A DNA stretch of 62,260 bases, the filler included, from Sphacelaria rigidula (Eukaryota), in the NCBI GenBank assembly GCA_964200075.2. It is 8 parts of 8 records of this genome, joined end to end, with 100 filler letters (N's around TTAATTAATTAA, not from the genome) between each part and the next. Parts side by side here need not be neighbours in the genome. Positions count along the whole stretch, not along the records: positions 31,183 to 38,877 come from CAXNAA020013763.1; positions 38,978 to 46,672 come from CAXNAA020013764.1; positions 46,773 to 54,466 come from CAXNAA020013765.1; 5 more parts are not named here. One strand, written 5' to 3'. Below, one piece after another: positions 38,181 through 49,457 of the stretch. Numbering within the stretch: the first letter of the stretch is position 1; each line of letters begins with the position of its first letter. Under the pieces are notes generated by a model. It was given only the letters and a program-made list of their open reading frames with translations. It did not search any database and had not been told where the DNA came from. A program made the position numbers and the translations under genes.

Positions 38181-41100
38181 CTGTCGGCAGTAGCGTTGCA
38201 CGCGTGCGGCGGTTTGGGGGACAAGCGGGGCGGGAAAGGGACGTGAAATATAATCTTCGAACTGTGCGTGCTCATGAGAACTCAAAGTGTCATTATTTCG
38301 ATATGTTGATCGACTGTTGCTTGATAAAAAAGTAATGATCAGGGGGAGACAAAGGTGGTGATTTGCGCTAGTCGAGGGTACGGTGATCAGCGAGCTGTTG
38401 TCACGAACGATCCGGCTGAAATTTGGTAGGTATCGGCGATATGCCGTCGTCGGCATGACACCCACTCATCGAATCAACAAATTGTGCTCGTGCCGGAAAC
38501 AGCCTGTTGGCGCATTTCGGTGCTGCGCCTGTTTGCGCGTATTGGTCACAGTGAAGAGGACGCTGGGTGGTGATTTGTGTGATGTGCTGGAGTTGATGAG
38601 TTCGGGTCGCGGGGGTGGGGATGAGGTTACATAAATGGGTGGTGTTGAGATAGACTGAAGAATCATCTGTAGTTGCAACCGCGTATATGTGAGATCTGTC
38701 AAATTTCGATGACGCGTTCAACGTGGTCGCGAGCATTTGCATTCAAATAACCGTTCATACTACCCGGCTCAATAAGATCGAGAGTGGACACGAAAAGGTA
38801 CACTACTGGACAAAAATGTGTGTGTGTGTGTTGTCGTCCCATTTATTCTGGGCACCAGTCTACACCTTTCGGTGTATNNNNNNNNNNNNNNNNNNNNNNN
38901 NNNNNNNNNNNNNNNNNNNNNTTAATTAATTAANNNNNNNNNNNNNNNNNNNNNNNNNNNNNNNNNNNNNNNNNNNNCGGGTTCATTCGGGAAACTGGGG
39001 AAGTTGTGGTGTGAGCAACTTTTAGTAGCTTTTAAGCTGGCCCAGCTCGTAGATACGCAAGCAAGGACTTCGACATGCTCATGCTCCCACCAACTGGCGT
39101 CCCACGGCACAACCCATGGGCATGGCGCGGGATAACGAAGACCGGCGGGTCGTGCGGACAGTGTACGCGGGGAGCTATTGGACTGCAGGGGCTTGATCAG
39201 CTATGGTTCGTGCATCGATTTTCCACGTGGTGCACTTGACAAGCACAGGGCGTTGTGCAGTGAGAATCGGGACTGCTCCGGAGTCGGAGTTGTGACGTGA
39301 AGACGCGAAGGATTTCTTTGCGGCTGAGGAGGCCAATACCCCGGCGCGACGCAATAAATCGAGGGGGGATTTCACGAGGAGTATATAAGATGGAAACGGA
39401 CGCAATCGGCGCCTCCCCTATTTGGGGAACAACTGGAGTGACACTCCGGGCCATGAAATACTCGGGAAGGATGCATGACGCAATCAGGGCCAAACCACGA
39501 CGTGTTAGTCCGAATATGTTTCCATGCAAGAATGTACTCACCAACGTTTCGCAACTGCTGAGACTGCCCTAACGCAAAACGGAACGGTGTGCAGAATGGG
39601 GAGTTACGATATTTCGGGGGAAAAAATGACGAGTAGATCATCAACTCAATTCACGAGGACCAGTCAACATCATGACACGATGATTTGAGCTGCTATGAGC
39701 GACATGGGAAGGTGCTTCCGTGTGAACAGTGTAATCATGATCTTGCATGCCGTAGTCTGTAGTCTGAAGACCATTGACCTCACATCCCGACAAAACCGGG
39801 ACGGAGCACGCCTGGGTTCCACCGGAACAGGCCCGCAATCGATGAACAGGCGCGAAGCGCCGTGATGTGTTTGGCGAGTCGCGAATGTCCGGCCCGAAGC
39901 GTACTAAGCATTACGCATATAGATGACAGGCTACAATGAGTTGCTTCATTTTCTGGTATTGCCCCTTCCGAGGACAGCCATGGGTTTCAACGTGCCTCAT
40001 GGGTGTCTCACAATTCACGGGGGATCATTTGAAAGCGGCGAGAAAATAATTCATGCCTGAAGACAGCCCTTGAGAAACGGCTATAGAAACAAGCAAGCAT
40101 CAGCGGTTTGTCACGGGCGACACAACGCGCTCCAGACATGCCACAAGTATTAAGCCCATGGATGAGGTGAGCCTTGGATCGGGACTTTCAGTCAGAGGAT
40201 ACAAACCAGGCAGGGAGTTGTTTCCGCATTGAATTACGGTATATTCGAACATTCCGTTGTTAATGCACAAATGTGTGAATCCAGCACCGTTCAAGACCGC
40301 GGAAACACAACATCATGGGTCCCGTTCACGACCGGAACCGGATCGCCAATCTCTGGCATCATGCCGCACCCTATCCCTTCACAGATTACGCGTATCAGGT
40401 CGTACCGTACCGTGAATCACACGTACTATACAGTGCATATACCGTGAAGCACCCGGACGATCAAAACACCATCGAAAACCCGTGGCAATCGTCTTTCGTG
40501 TGGCTCGGAGGTGAACGTAGCATCTCAAGCGGGTGTTCGATATATAGAGTTTTGCACTCGAGACCTGACAGTTACGTGGACTCCTCCCATCATAAGCATC
40601 AAGACCTCAGGAGCTTGAGTTGTGCATACGTTGAGCTCCAGATGTTCCTGACACTGCAGAGCGGCACCATGGTGTCTACGGATCATACACCGAGACCCGC
40701 GACCCATCAATCAGCCGTAAATATGCCTACTACACTGTCGCCACCAGTATTCAAGAGCTACTTTGAACAAGGAAAACTTGCGTGACTGAATTTCCCTATA
40801 CAGAGAGTGTAAATACTGATACCTCCATCACTTTGACTGAGCGGAATATCTGAACGAACTAGTAGAGTGTTGGGCTCGAACTTGACAGTCAGTTCAAGTG
40901 CGACTATCGATCAATCTTCTAATCAATCAATAATGCGAGAAAGGGGTTTGCGGTGGGCCATGCGGACCGTGAACGTGCGCAGCTGTGCATCTTCAGGAAC
41001 TTGGGTAGCTGTGGCCCATGCGTCGTTTCCTCACGCGATGCAGTCAAGAAGCAAGCGCTTAGTATCTCGGAATCGGCACTGCTGCGGGTCAAAGGTGTGA

Positions 41101-41386
41101 TGTGTACACGCAAAGCTCGAAATTCTTCATCATGTGTCCTCCCTGGGCATGATAATAGCCTGGCGTGGCGCACTAATTTGAGGGGGGATTTTGAAAAAAG
41201 CATACATGATGGAAACGCTTGGACGCCTCCCTTATTTGGTGTACACCAGGAGTGCTACGCAAGGCTATGAAGTAAGTCACGGAATCAAGTGCACGGAACT
41301 ATCAAGGCCTAAACACGACGTGCTAGATGGTATCTGCATCAATACAGCAGTTAACCTATAGAAGTTTGCAATCCTCGAGAAGACGA

Positions 41387-42949
41387 CGAACTGGGCCGGC
41401 CAAGGCTCTGTGGCAACACCCACAGGCCACGCCCGACTCAATTTTCCGAATACCGGGGTGAGATTTCAACACCACAGAAACAACAGCGAGGTCAACCGCA
41501 TGACAGTTTTGGCTTCTTTTTTTGCTTTGTTTAAGCTGCGATTCGAGATTTTTACTTTCCTGGGCTGTTTGCAAATACCTTCAAGTAAGCGAGAAATCGA
41601 CAGAATATCAGCCAAAGGAGAGAAAGGGTAGGCCTGAGTGCGGTTCTATTCGTGTCGAAATTTCACTCCGAAATTCGAAGAATTGAATCGGGCATGGCCG
41701 TTTTAGTGTTTTCGCGTGAAAAAAGGGCCCCAATTGTCTAACGGTCAGGCTGTCAACATCAGGGCGAAGAGAGCATGGGTTCGATTCCCGCCCGACCAAC
41801 TATTTTTCATTTCCCAAATATGATTTTCACGGTCGAAAGCGTGGGGACGTCAGGAAAGATGGCTTGAGCCCTTGAGACCACGGACTCATCCCCAGAAGGG
41901 GAGGGGATTTGAGTGTGCAACAAAAAAAAGGTCGTGTGCCGATAGAATCTGAAAAAAAAAATGTGCGCAAATAACATGCCAAGTTGAGGACAGTTAGTGC
42001 CAGAATATTCGGCAGGGAGGGAGTACCGACGATTCTGCTTGGATGGGACGATGAAAAATCTTCATGCTTGCGCAATATGAGGTTACCGGCTCGATCCGCG
42101 GTGTCGATATGCACGAATCCCACACAACCACCAGGTGTGTTGTACTTCGTGCAATCACACGTTGCAACTCCTGGCTTTCCAGGCCTCTTTTCGGGACAGT
42201 ATTATCGCGAGACTTTCTGGGGCTGATACGGCACGACAAAACACTCGGACGGTACGATGCAGTAGAGTACAGTAAAATACAGTACAGCACAGTCCCCCCT
42301 AGGTCCCGCGCACTCCAATATACTACTGCACTTTTCCCGCTACATTACTGTTCCGAAAGGAGGTCCGGAAGCCAATGCGGTGCTGCCTGCTTCACAGGCA
42401 CCTGGCGGGAGTGTGGGATCCCATGCGCTTGCAGACCCGGCCGACCCACATCCTGCTACTTGCTTGGCAGCTTCCTCACGAGAGGCGAATGGTGGCGAGA
42501 TGCAGTTGACGGGACGTTTCTTCGGTCTCGTGTACCATGCCCTCAACGTACATGACTTCTCGTTAGTATTGTAGTATATCGTAGGAACAGAGGTCCTCTC
42601 CCATTGCTGATCCCCCGGCGAGCTTGCCGCCATGGCGGGCAGCATGCGCAATGTGCGAGCGTGTGGTACGCAAACACCACTCCAGAGCACAAAGGACCAC
42701 GCTGCATTTTCAAAAACAAGCCGCATTTTTGTACAGTCTCGCCCTGTACTTGACGCAGTATGTTCTCTGCACACAACCTTTTCCTATATTTCGAGGCCGT
42801 CATGAACCCTTGAGCAGATGAAGAGTTGTAGGCGCATGCGCGTGGCGATCTCCCCATCACAGGGATATGTTCACTCCGCGACAGCTCGCCGCCGTTTTTT
42901 TAGATACGTTCGGTGGAAGGAATTTCAGCTTCGCGGCCGGCCCAGCTCG
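41387..42949. mobile_element. Putative non-autonomous element of the CGAGCTGGGCC TIR family with a different interior
   Basis: CGAACTGGGCCGGCC ... GGCCGGCCCAGCTCG|TA. The left TSD is not TA. Confidence 0.5.
41725..41798 (+). pseudogene. tRNA-derived sequence (pseudo-tRNA or SINE head)
   Basis: A-box/D-arm TTGTCTAACGGTCAGGC (GTCT/AGGC stem), B-box GGGTTCGATTCCC, tRNA length and a T5 run at 41803-41807. Acceptor and anticodon stems do not pair. Confidence 0.6.
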
Positions 42950-44703
42950 TACGCGGAACGAGGAACTAGGCTATTTTCACAAAGAGATAACGAAGCGATC
43001 ACCAATTCGGGAGGATAAATCGGCATCATAACATCAAGAGTTGGGTTGCTGTGAGCGACACGCACGGGGAGGTTGCTACCGTGGGAAGGATGCCATAAGC
43101 ACCAACAGGCGGTGGGGGGAAATTCACGCGGAAAGACCGGTCTTGGGGAGTAGCAATGGAAACAATAAAACACTTACGTCCCGCCACACGCGATACAAAC
43201 CGGTATACGGTGTAGGAAAGATACGCTGAAAATAGTTGGCCCACCGGTTAGGTGAGGCTTCGACCTTCCAGCGCAAGAGCACAAATCAGGCAGGGCTCTC
43301 CATCGCTCCGATTATTTCCAGCATTGAATTACTGCATGTTTGATTTTTTGGTCGTTCCCGTACAAATGTGCAAATCCGGCACCGTACCATATCACGAAAC
43401 CGCAATGCCTTAGATTATATGTACGAGCGTGTCACGAATTTCCGGTACCGTGCAGTACCATTTCGTACCACGGATTACGCGTACTTGATATGATTAACTT
43501 GGTGTACGAAACAGCGGTTCCTGTACTGTACCTTGTCTATCGGCATGCACTGCATTTGAAACGTGCTCTTCATGTAGTGGTGCACTACGAATACCATAGA
43601 GTATGCTGCTGCCGCTTGTGTATTCATGCATTCACTGCACAGCCATGAGCTACGGCTATGCAAACTGTCTGTACCATTGAACAGCGGTACTGACTGCATC
43701 GTAATGTTGCTGCATCGCATAATGTGTGATGTCTATTCTACCATGCTAAGCTGTACTTCGTGTTGTTTCTGTCGGTGGAGCTGGTTGCACCATCCTTGAC
43801 GGATGCATTACTGACAATCCTCTGTTCCGATGAACTTCGACATCACCGAGAACTGTACAAGTTTCTCGCCGATATGGGGGAAAAAGAAACCGCTCGGGCA
43901 GAGAACTCCACATCTGACAAACGTGCTCTTTTTAAAATACCCACAAGAAACTGTTGCGAAATCATCTGAAAAAAAACGCTCGACCGTTTTTCAGAGCGCT
44001 CCTTTTCGAAAAAGGTGGCAGTGGTGTCCAAGTTTTCCTGCATGGTACAAGCCGTGCTGCACCTGCCAGCATGGATATGTTGAGTCAGGAGAAAACATGA
44101 CATATTGCGATGATACATGCCAAACACAAACACATATTGGCACAAGACGTGGTATTGTACGTGACGGGTAGTCCATATATTGCGGCAACAGGATATATCG
44201 GAGATGTACCGTGGGGAAATGTTGGAGGTGCTATGCACCTGGCATTGTACTGTCAAACAGCACCGGCAAGCCCAAAAGTGCAATCCTTACCAGCTTCCAT
44301 GTACGTTCCGATATGTCAAATCGAACACACATGTAGTGCGACTTAGTATTTTGTGCCTGTCGGCCTATCCGTGTATTGCACGCTTGATATGTGTTGTACT
44401 CATTCATAAACATATTGCGCCGACACATATTTTCCCCCTTTCCGCTGTGAAATACGTTCCACAGTCCATATGCATTGCGGTTTGACATCGAATGCAATTC
44501 TCAGAAAATATATGTCAGTGCAGGAGTTAAGGGGCAGGCAGGAGTACACATATAATATATAATCATACAAGGGGTTTGGTGGCTTACGCCGCCACGGTCA
44601 ATGAGATCGAGAGCCAAGGTATATGACAACCAGTCATCGTTACCCGCATTGCGTAACGGCACTGGTCTTAGTTTCAAATGGAGTATTTTCCGCTGTGTGC
44701 GTA

Positions 44704-45913
44704 CGAGCTGGGCCAGTCTAGCAACGGACTTAGGCTCTCAAAGCAATATCTCATCGGCAAAGACGAGTTGGGCCATGATCCGCATATTGTATCAATCGCC
44801 CAATCAAGGTAAAGGTGCCCATCTGCTCCGATGTCCAGGCCAATATTTTCTCGTTGATCAAACCCCATGTCTAGTAATTCCTATACCTAACAGAGATAGC
44901 GTCCATACTAAAATCCATATGAAACCCCGATCGATGCATTCAGCGGATGGCAACGATGTTCATTGTGGACATTTCCTGGAGCACGGGGGGGCGAGAGATA
45001 TCCCAACCTTCGCCTAATTCGTTATCTGTCTCGGGATATGGCGCACATAAGGCTCCATACTGAAATCGATATATCACGAGCAGAGGCGCTGAATGCTATA
45101 AATCTGGATATGGCGTCTCAGTTTTTGAGAGTTGTGCTATGAAATTTCATATGGAGAGCCGCTAGTGCATAACGAAGCTACATAAACAGCGTTTTTATTT
45201 CGTTTGTTTTTTCGGTTTTTTTCCCCCAGTTATTCGAGTGTTTTGGGCAGTTCAGAGAAGAAATCAACACTGCTCTTCGGCCTCATCTCGATTTTTAAAC
45301 TTGATTTCTGGAACCGTGGTTTGAAACTCAACATGGAGAGCGACAAAGGTATCCTGAATGAAAAAAAAATTAGCCTTCTTTTTTTTTTTGGGAGGGGGGG
45401 GAGAGGTTCGGGCGTTCCCGTGAAAAGATGGTCGATAGCCACACTAAAACGCCGTACTGAACCAGTGAAAAATAAACAAATACCAACCTCACCCATTTTT
45501 TGGCTCATTATCCCCCAACGAGGTCCCACACAAAGTTTCAATACACGAACACCAAACGTGAGCCGGTAAGTGACCTGCAAAATGCTGTTCCGAATTTCTA
45601 CCGACGCCGATTCTAAACCGCCCATTCGCTGGCCAATACTTTGAGTTGGCCCCAGAACTTTGGAATGGACAGTGCACAGGGCAAAAAACAAACGCATGTA
45701 TCCAAAGTCTTTTTTCTCATGAATTAAGGGCAAAAATCAGTTTTCAGGTAACGGTAAAATGTCCTCATCTCATGAAAAAAAAAATGGGTACATGCGTAAT
45801 TTTTTTATTGTGCCCTATTCATCGTCCATACCAAATTTCAGGGTCCAACTCAAAATATTGGCCGACGAATGGGCGTGCAAACTACACATCCGCCTCTAGG
45901 CTGGTCCAGCTCG
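44704..45913. mobile_element. Non-autonomous mariner-like element (inverted copy of 18427-19780)
   Basis: TA|CGAGCTGGGCCAG...CTGGTCCAGCTCG|TA, colinear with the other copy. Confidence 0.85.
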
Positions 45914-46435
45914 TATGGTGATAGATGTCCCAGGAGCAGGATATGAAGAAGAGGTTCGTTGATGTTTGATAACCGTACCTGCAAGGACGTGTCAACGACA
46001 ACCCCCACCGTCGAAGAACACACGGAGACACGCATTTACGTTTTCCACCCATAACAACGAATAGGAAACATCGTCCACCGTCGACGAACAAACACCCGGG
46101 GACACCTGCACCATTAGACAAAAAATTATTGCGCCGCCCAATCACCCGAGGACACAAAGACTTGTGACGGACACACGCCAGTGTTCGCAATCATGAGTCC
46201 AGCACCTAACACCGCAAAAACGCCGGCAATCGCAGTGACTATCGATATTTCGAATCCCACATCACAATAAGCAGGCGATACCCTCAATGTGATGGATATA
46301 TATTTGAGAAATGAAACATGTAATGTGTACAATGAACGAACAGTAGGGACCGTGGAAAGCCGTGTAAAAAAATATTTTCAGGTTAACGACCCGAAAATAT
46401 GTTCGGGAAAGACATGATAAAAAGTGGCATCTTAA

Positions 46436-46533
46436 CCCTTAGACCGCGAGGTTAGTCTTTCTGGTTCATGCATACTTATTTTCACTTGAAATTGATGCCG
46501 ATTCAACAGAAGACTAACCTTGCGGTCTAAGGG
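46436..46533. mobile_element. piggyBac-like MITE (~98 bp)
   Basis: TTAA|CCCTTAGACCGCGAGGTTAGTC...GACTAACCTTGCGGTCTAAGGG|TCAA. Confidence 0.75.
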
Positions 46534-47084
46534 TCAAAGTCCGCGGCTCATGATCACGCATGCCATAGTCATAACACCATTGACCTCACATCACAATGCC
46601 GGGACGGAGCACGCCGGGATTTCGCCGGGCCAGGCTTGCACTCAAACCACCAAGCGCGAAGCGCCGTGGTGTNNNNNNNNNNNNNNNNNNNNNNNNNNNN
46701 NNNNNNNNNNNNNNNNTTAATTAATTAANNNNNNNNNNNNNNNNNNNNNNNNNNNNNNNNNNNNNNNNNNNNCATTTGGATGACAGCCTACAATGAGTTG
46801 CTATATTTTCTGGTGTCGCCACTTCCAGAGACAGCCACGGCTTTTACACCGCCTCATGGGTGCCTCACCATACCACGGTTTTTTGGGGGGGGGCTATCGC
46901 AGAGAGTGCCTGCTCTGGAGAGCATTAGACGGGGAAGATCCCGGGAGAAGAGCGAGACAAGGGGCGAGGGGGGTAGCCTCGCACCTGGCCTCGGATAAAG
47001 GGACATGTCACAAACCAGCCAGACCGCTTCTTATCATCAGAAAACGGACTCCATGAGAACCGCCCTTTTTGAGCATTTCATCGC

Positions 47085-47267
47085 ACGACCCCTCTTTCTT
47101 TCTTTCTTTCTTTTCCTGTTCCTATTGTTTTCTGTTCCCTTTTTTTTTTTTCCTTAGAGCGTGTTTGAATTCCGTTTTTCTTGGGTACGTACGTCTATCA
47201 TGAGACCACGGCTGGACCTCTGGGGGGTCAGTTAAAATGAGACAATCAATCAATCAATCAATCAATC
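47085..47267 (+). mobile_element. 5'-truncated non-LTR retroposon 3' end with a (CAAT)n tail
   Basis: GAGACCACGGCTGGACC.CTGGGGGGTCAGTTAAA..GACAATCAATCAATC. Copies at 20861-20925 (+) and 55415-55535 (-). Confidence 0.8.
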
Positions 47268-47625
47268 GCGGATTTTTGGCGGAGTGCGGGCCTCGGCGGA
47301 TTGGAGTTCCTCGAAAAGATTTTCTGTGCCTTCCGAGAGGATTCTAGCGTACTTTCCGGATTTTCGCACGCCCAGTTTTACGTCGGTAGATTCCTGGTTT
47401 TTTCAGTCGCCACAAGGCTTCTTCGAGTTGTCGGCAAAAACACGTACTTTTTCCTGATAGTTGGAAAATTTTGGAGGCGACTGAAGAAATCCGGAGTCCG
47501 GCCAAAAGTAAAAATGTGCGCACGAAAAATCGGGAAAGTGAGCGAGAATCCACTTTGAAAGCATAGCAAATATTGTGGAGGAAGCCCAATCCGCCAAGGC
47601 CCGTATTCCGCGAAAACTCCGCGAT
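47265..47625. mobile_element. Imperfect fold-back MITE
   Basis: ATCGCGGA.TTTT.GCGGA.T.CGGGCCT.GGCGGATTGG..TTCCTC arms in inverted orientation. The left end abuts the retroposon tail. Confidence 0.7.
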
Positions 47626-49457
47626 GAAAGGCTCAAAAAAGGCACTTCTCACAGAGTCCGTTTTTTTACGATGAGAAGCGGCCTCAAGCTCACAGAATGT
47701 GCTTGGTGGTGTTGTGTGCGTTGGCCTTGAGCTCGGAGCGTACACACGCTCCATGGCTCAAAGGCTTAGGCGGCAGCCCTCTATGAGCGGTCTAACCGAC
47801 ACCTGAGTAACCTCCCTCGTGGCTAGAGGTTTCCTATGGACAGGGCTAGTGGGCCTGGCTGGTTCTGAGAACAGAACCATACGGCATGTTGAGTTCGCAC
47901 AACTGGGGCCCACGTAAGAACCTAAACGTCTTGCGCTATACCCCCCCCCCCGCCTCCCCCTTCCCCTCCCCCTCCCCTCCCCTCCCCCGACCAATACCTA
48001 TAAATCCAGGACGGAAAAAATATATAAATGATACGAAGTATATTTAATGCAATATTCGGGTAAGGTCATCCTAAAACTTCAGCAAAAATAACTTAATACG
48101 ATCATTGAAGTAAATACAAGACTCCGTGCAGGGTAAAAGGCAAACTGCTTTATGCCGGGGACGTTTTTCAAGTTGCTCGATAAGCGCTTATTTGTCTACA
48201 CTACATGAACGAGCTCTAGTCATTCCTTCGGTGTTGTAAACTCGCGACATCTTACGTCTCGTTAATTCCCATGTGCTTTCCCTGAGTCTACCATTGTCAC
48301 GAGGCAAATATATTACTGGGATTGCAATAAATTCATAACGATACTCCGGGGTTAGCTGGCAAACAGTGTCGGGCGCGTCAGACAGTCAGGCGTCACACAT
48401 TTGCTGTTCATGGCACGTTTTTGTATGAATACAAAAAGATCAATGGCCTAGAAAAGGTATACCTTCTCGCTTTTTGCTTCTTGATTTTTCGGAAATTTCA
48501 AATCCGCATAACTTCCTTATTTTCCTTTTTTTTTGCTGCTCACTGTTATAAGGTTATGAAGCGTGCACCTCTGTGTGCACGGGGGTCAAGTCTGACAATC
48601 GTGGCAAGGTCAGTCCTCGTAGGGTACAATCGTGTCCGAAACATGTCACACCTCAATAGCTTCACGCAGTAAGCTATAAAAAATATCCACTTGATACAAA
48701 ATACTCTTGTTCACTCGTATTCGTTATCGCTCTGTTCAACGCTCTTTCACGTTGCTCACCGGCTATATTATAGCAATGCTCAGCAGTTGGCTCCACTTGG
48801 CGAGTGAACAGGGGCGGATTCACGAGTAGCTAGAAAAGGTTGCCTATTCCCTTTTGACAAACTTACATCTGACCTAGTCAAGTTCGATCAGACCCGCAAC
48901 TATAAAATCCCGGATTTGGTCATAAACGCCTCCCAGCTTCACGACATCACGGGATATTCTTCATGTCGATCATAATAAGCTGATATCAAAATTTCAGCGT
49001 ACAACTCCTAATAGCAGGCCGTGCGTCGCCTGAGCGAGAAAACCACCCACTGTTGCGGCTGGCCCAGCTCGTAGTACGATCATCCCCATTGTGCGGAGTT
49101 GAGGTTATTCCTCGCATACCCCCCCCCCGCTCGTAACGTTCACCCATTGTTGTCTAGCTTGACCTTCGAATCCTATAAAGTTGCCCGGTTCGGCTAGGGT
49201 AATACCGTACGCGACGCACAGCGTCTAGCCAGGTGGGGTGGCCGCCGCACTCGTGTCAAAAACCTACATGTCATATTCCATGGCGCGCTGATTACGCGGG
49301 TCTGAATTCGTGAACGAGCTAATGTGACGACAACATGTCCACGAGCTGCGAGGGCCGACAGCAGAAGGCGCATCCCAGAGCAACCACGTAAGTGGAAGCA
49401 CAAGTACCGACATCTCGCCACTTTGAATGTAATTCTGCGTGCATTTTTTCTTCATCT

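Noticed and set aside
41725..41798. tRNA-Sec or opal suppressor (nominal loop centre TCA)
   Set aside because: The anticodon and acceptor stems do not pair and there is no long variable arm.
46547..46895. Repeat appears to continue colinearly across linker 6, suggesting contiguity
   Set aside because: A high-copy repeat at both scaffold ends explains it, and length sorting argues the scaffolds are unrelated.
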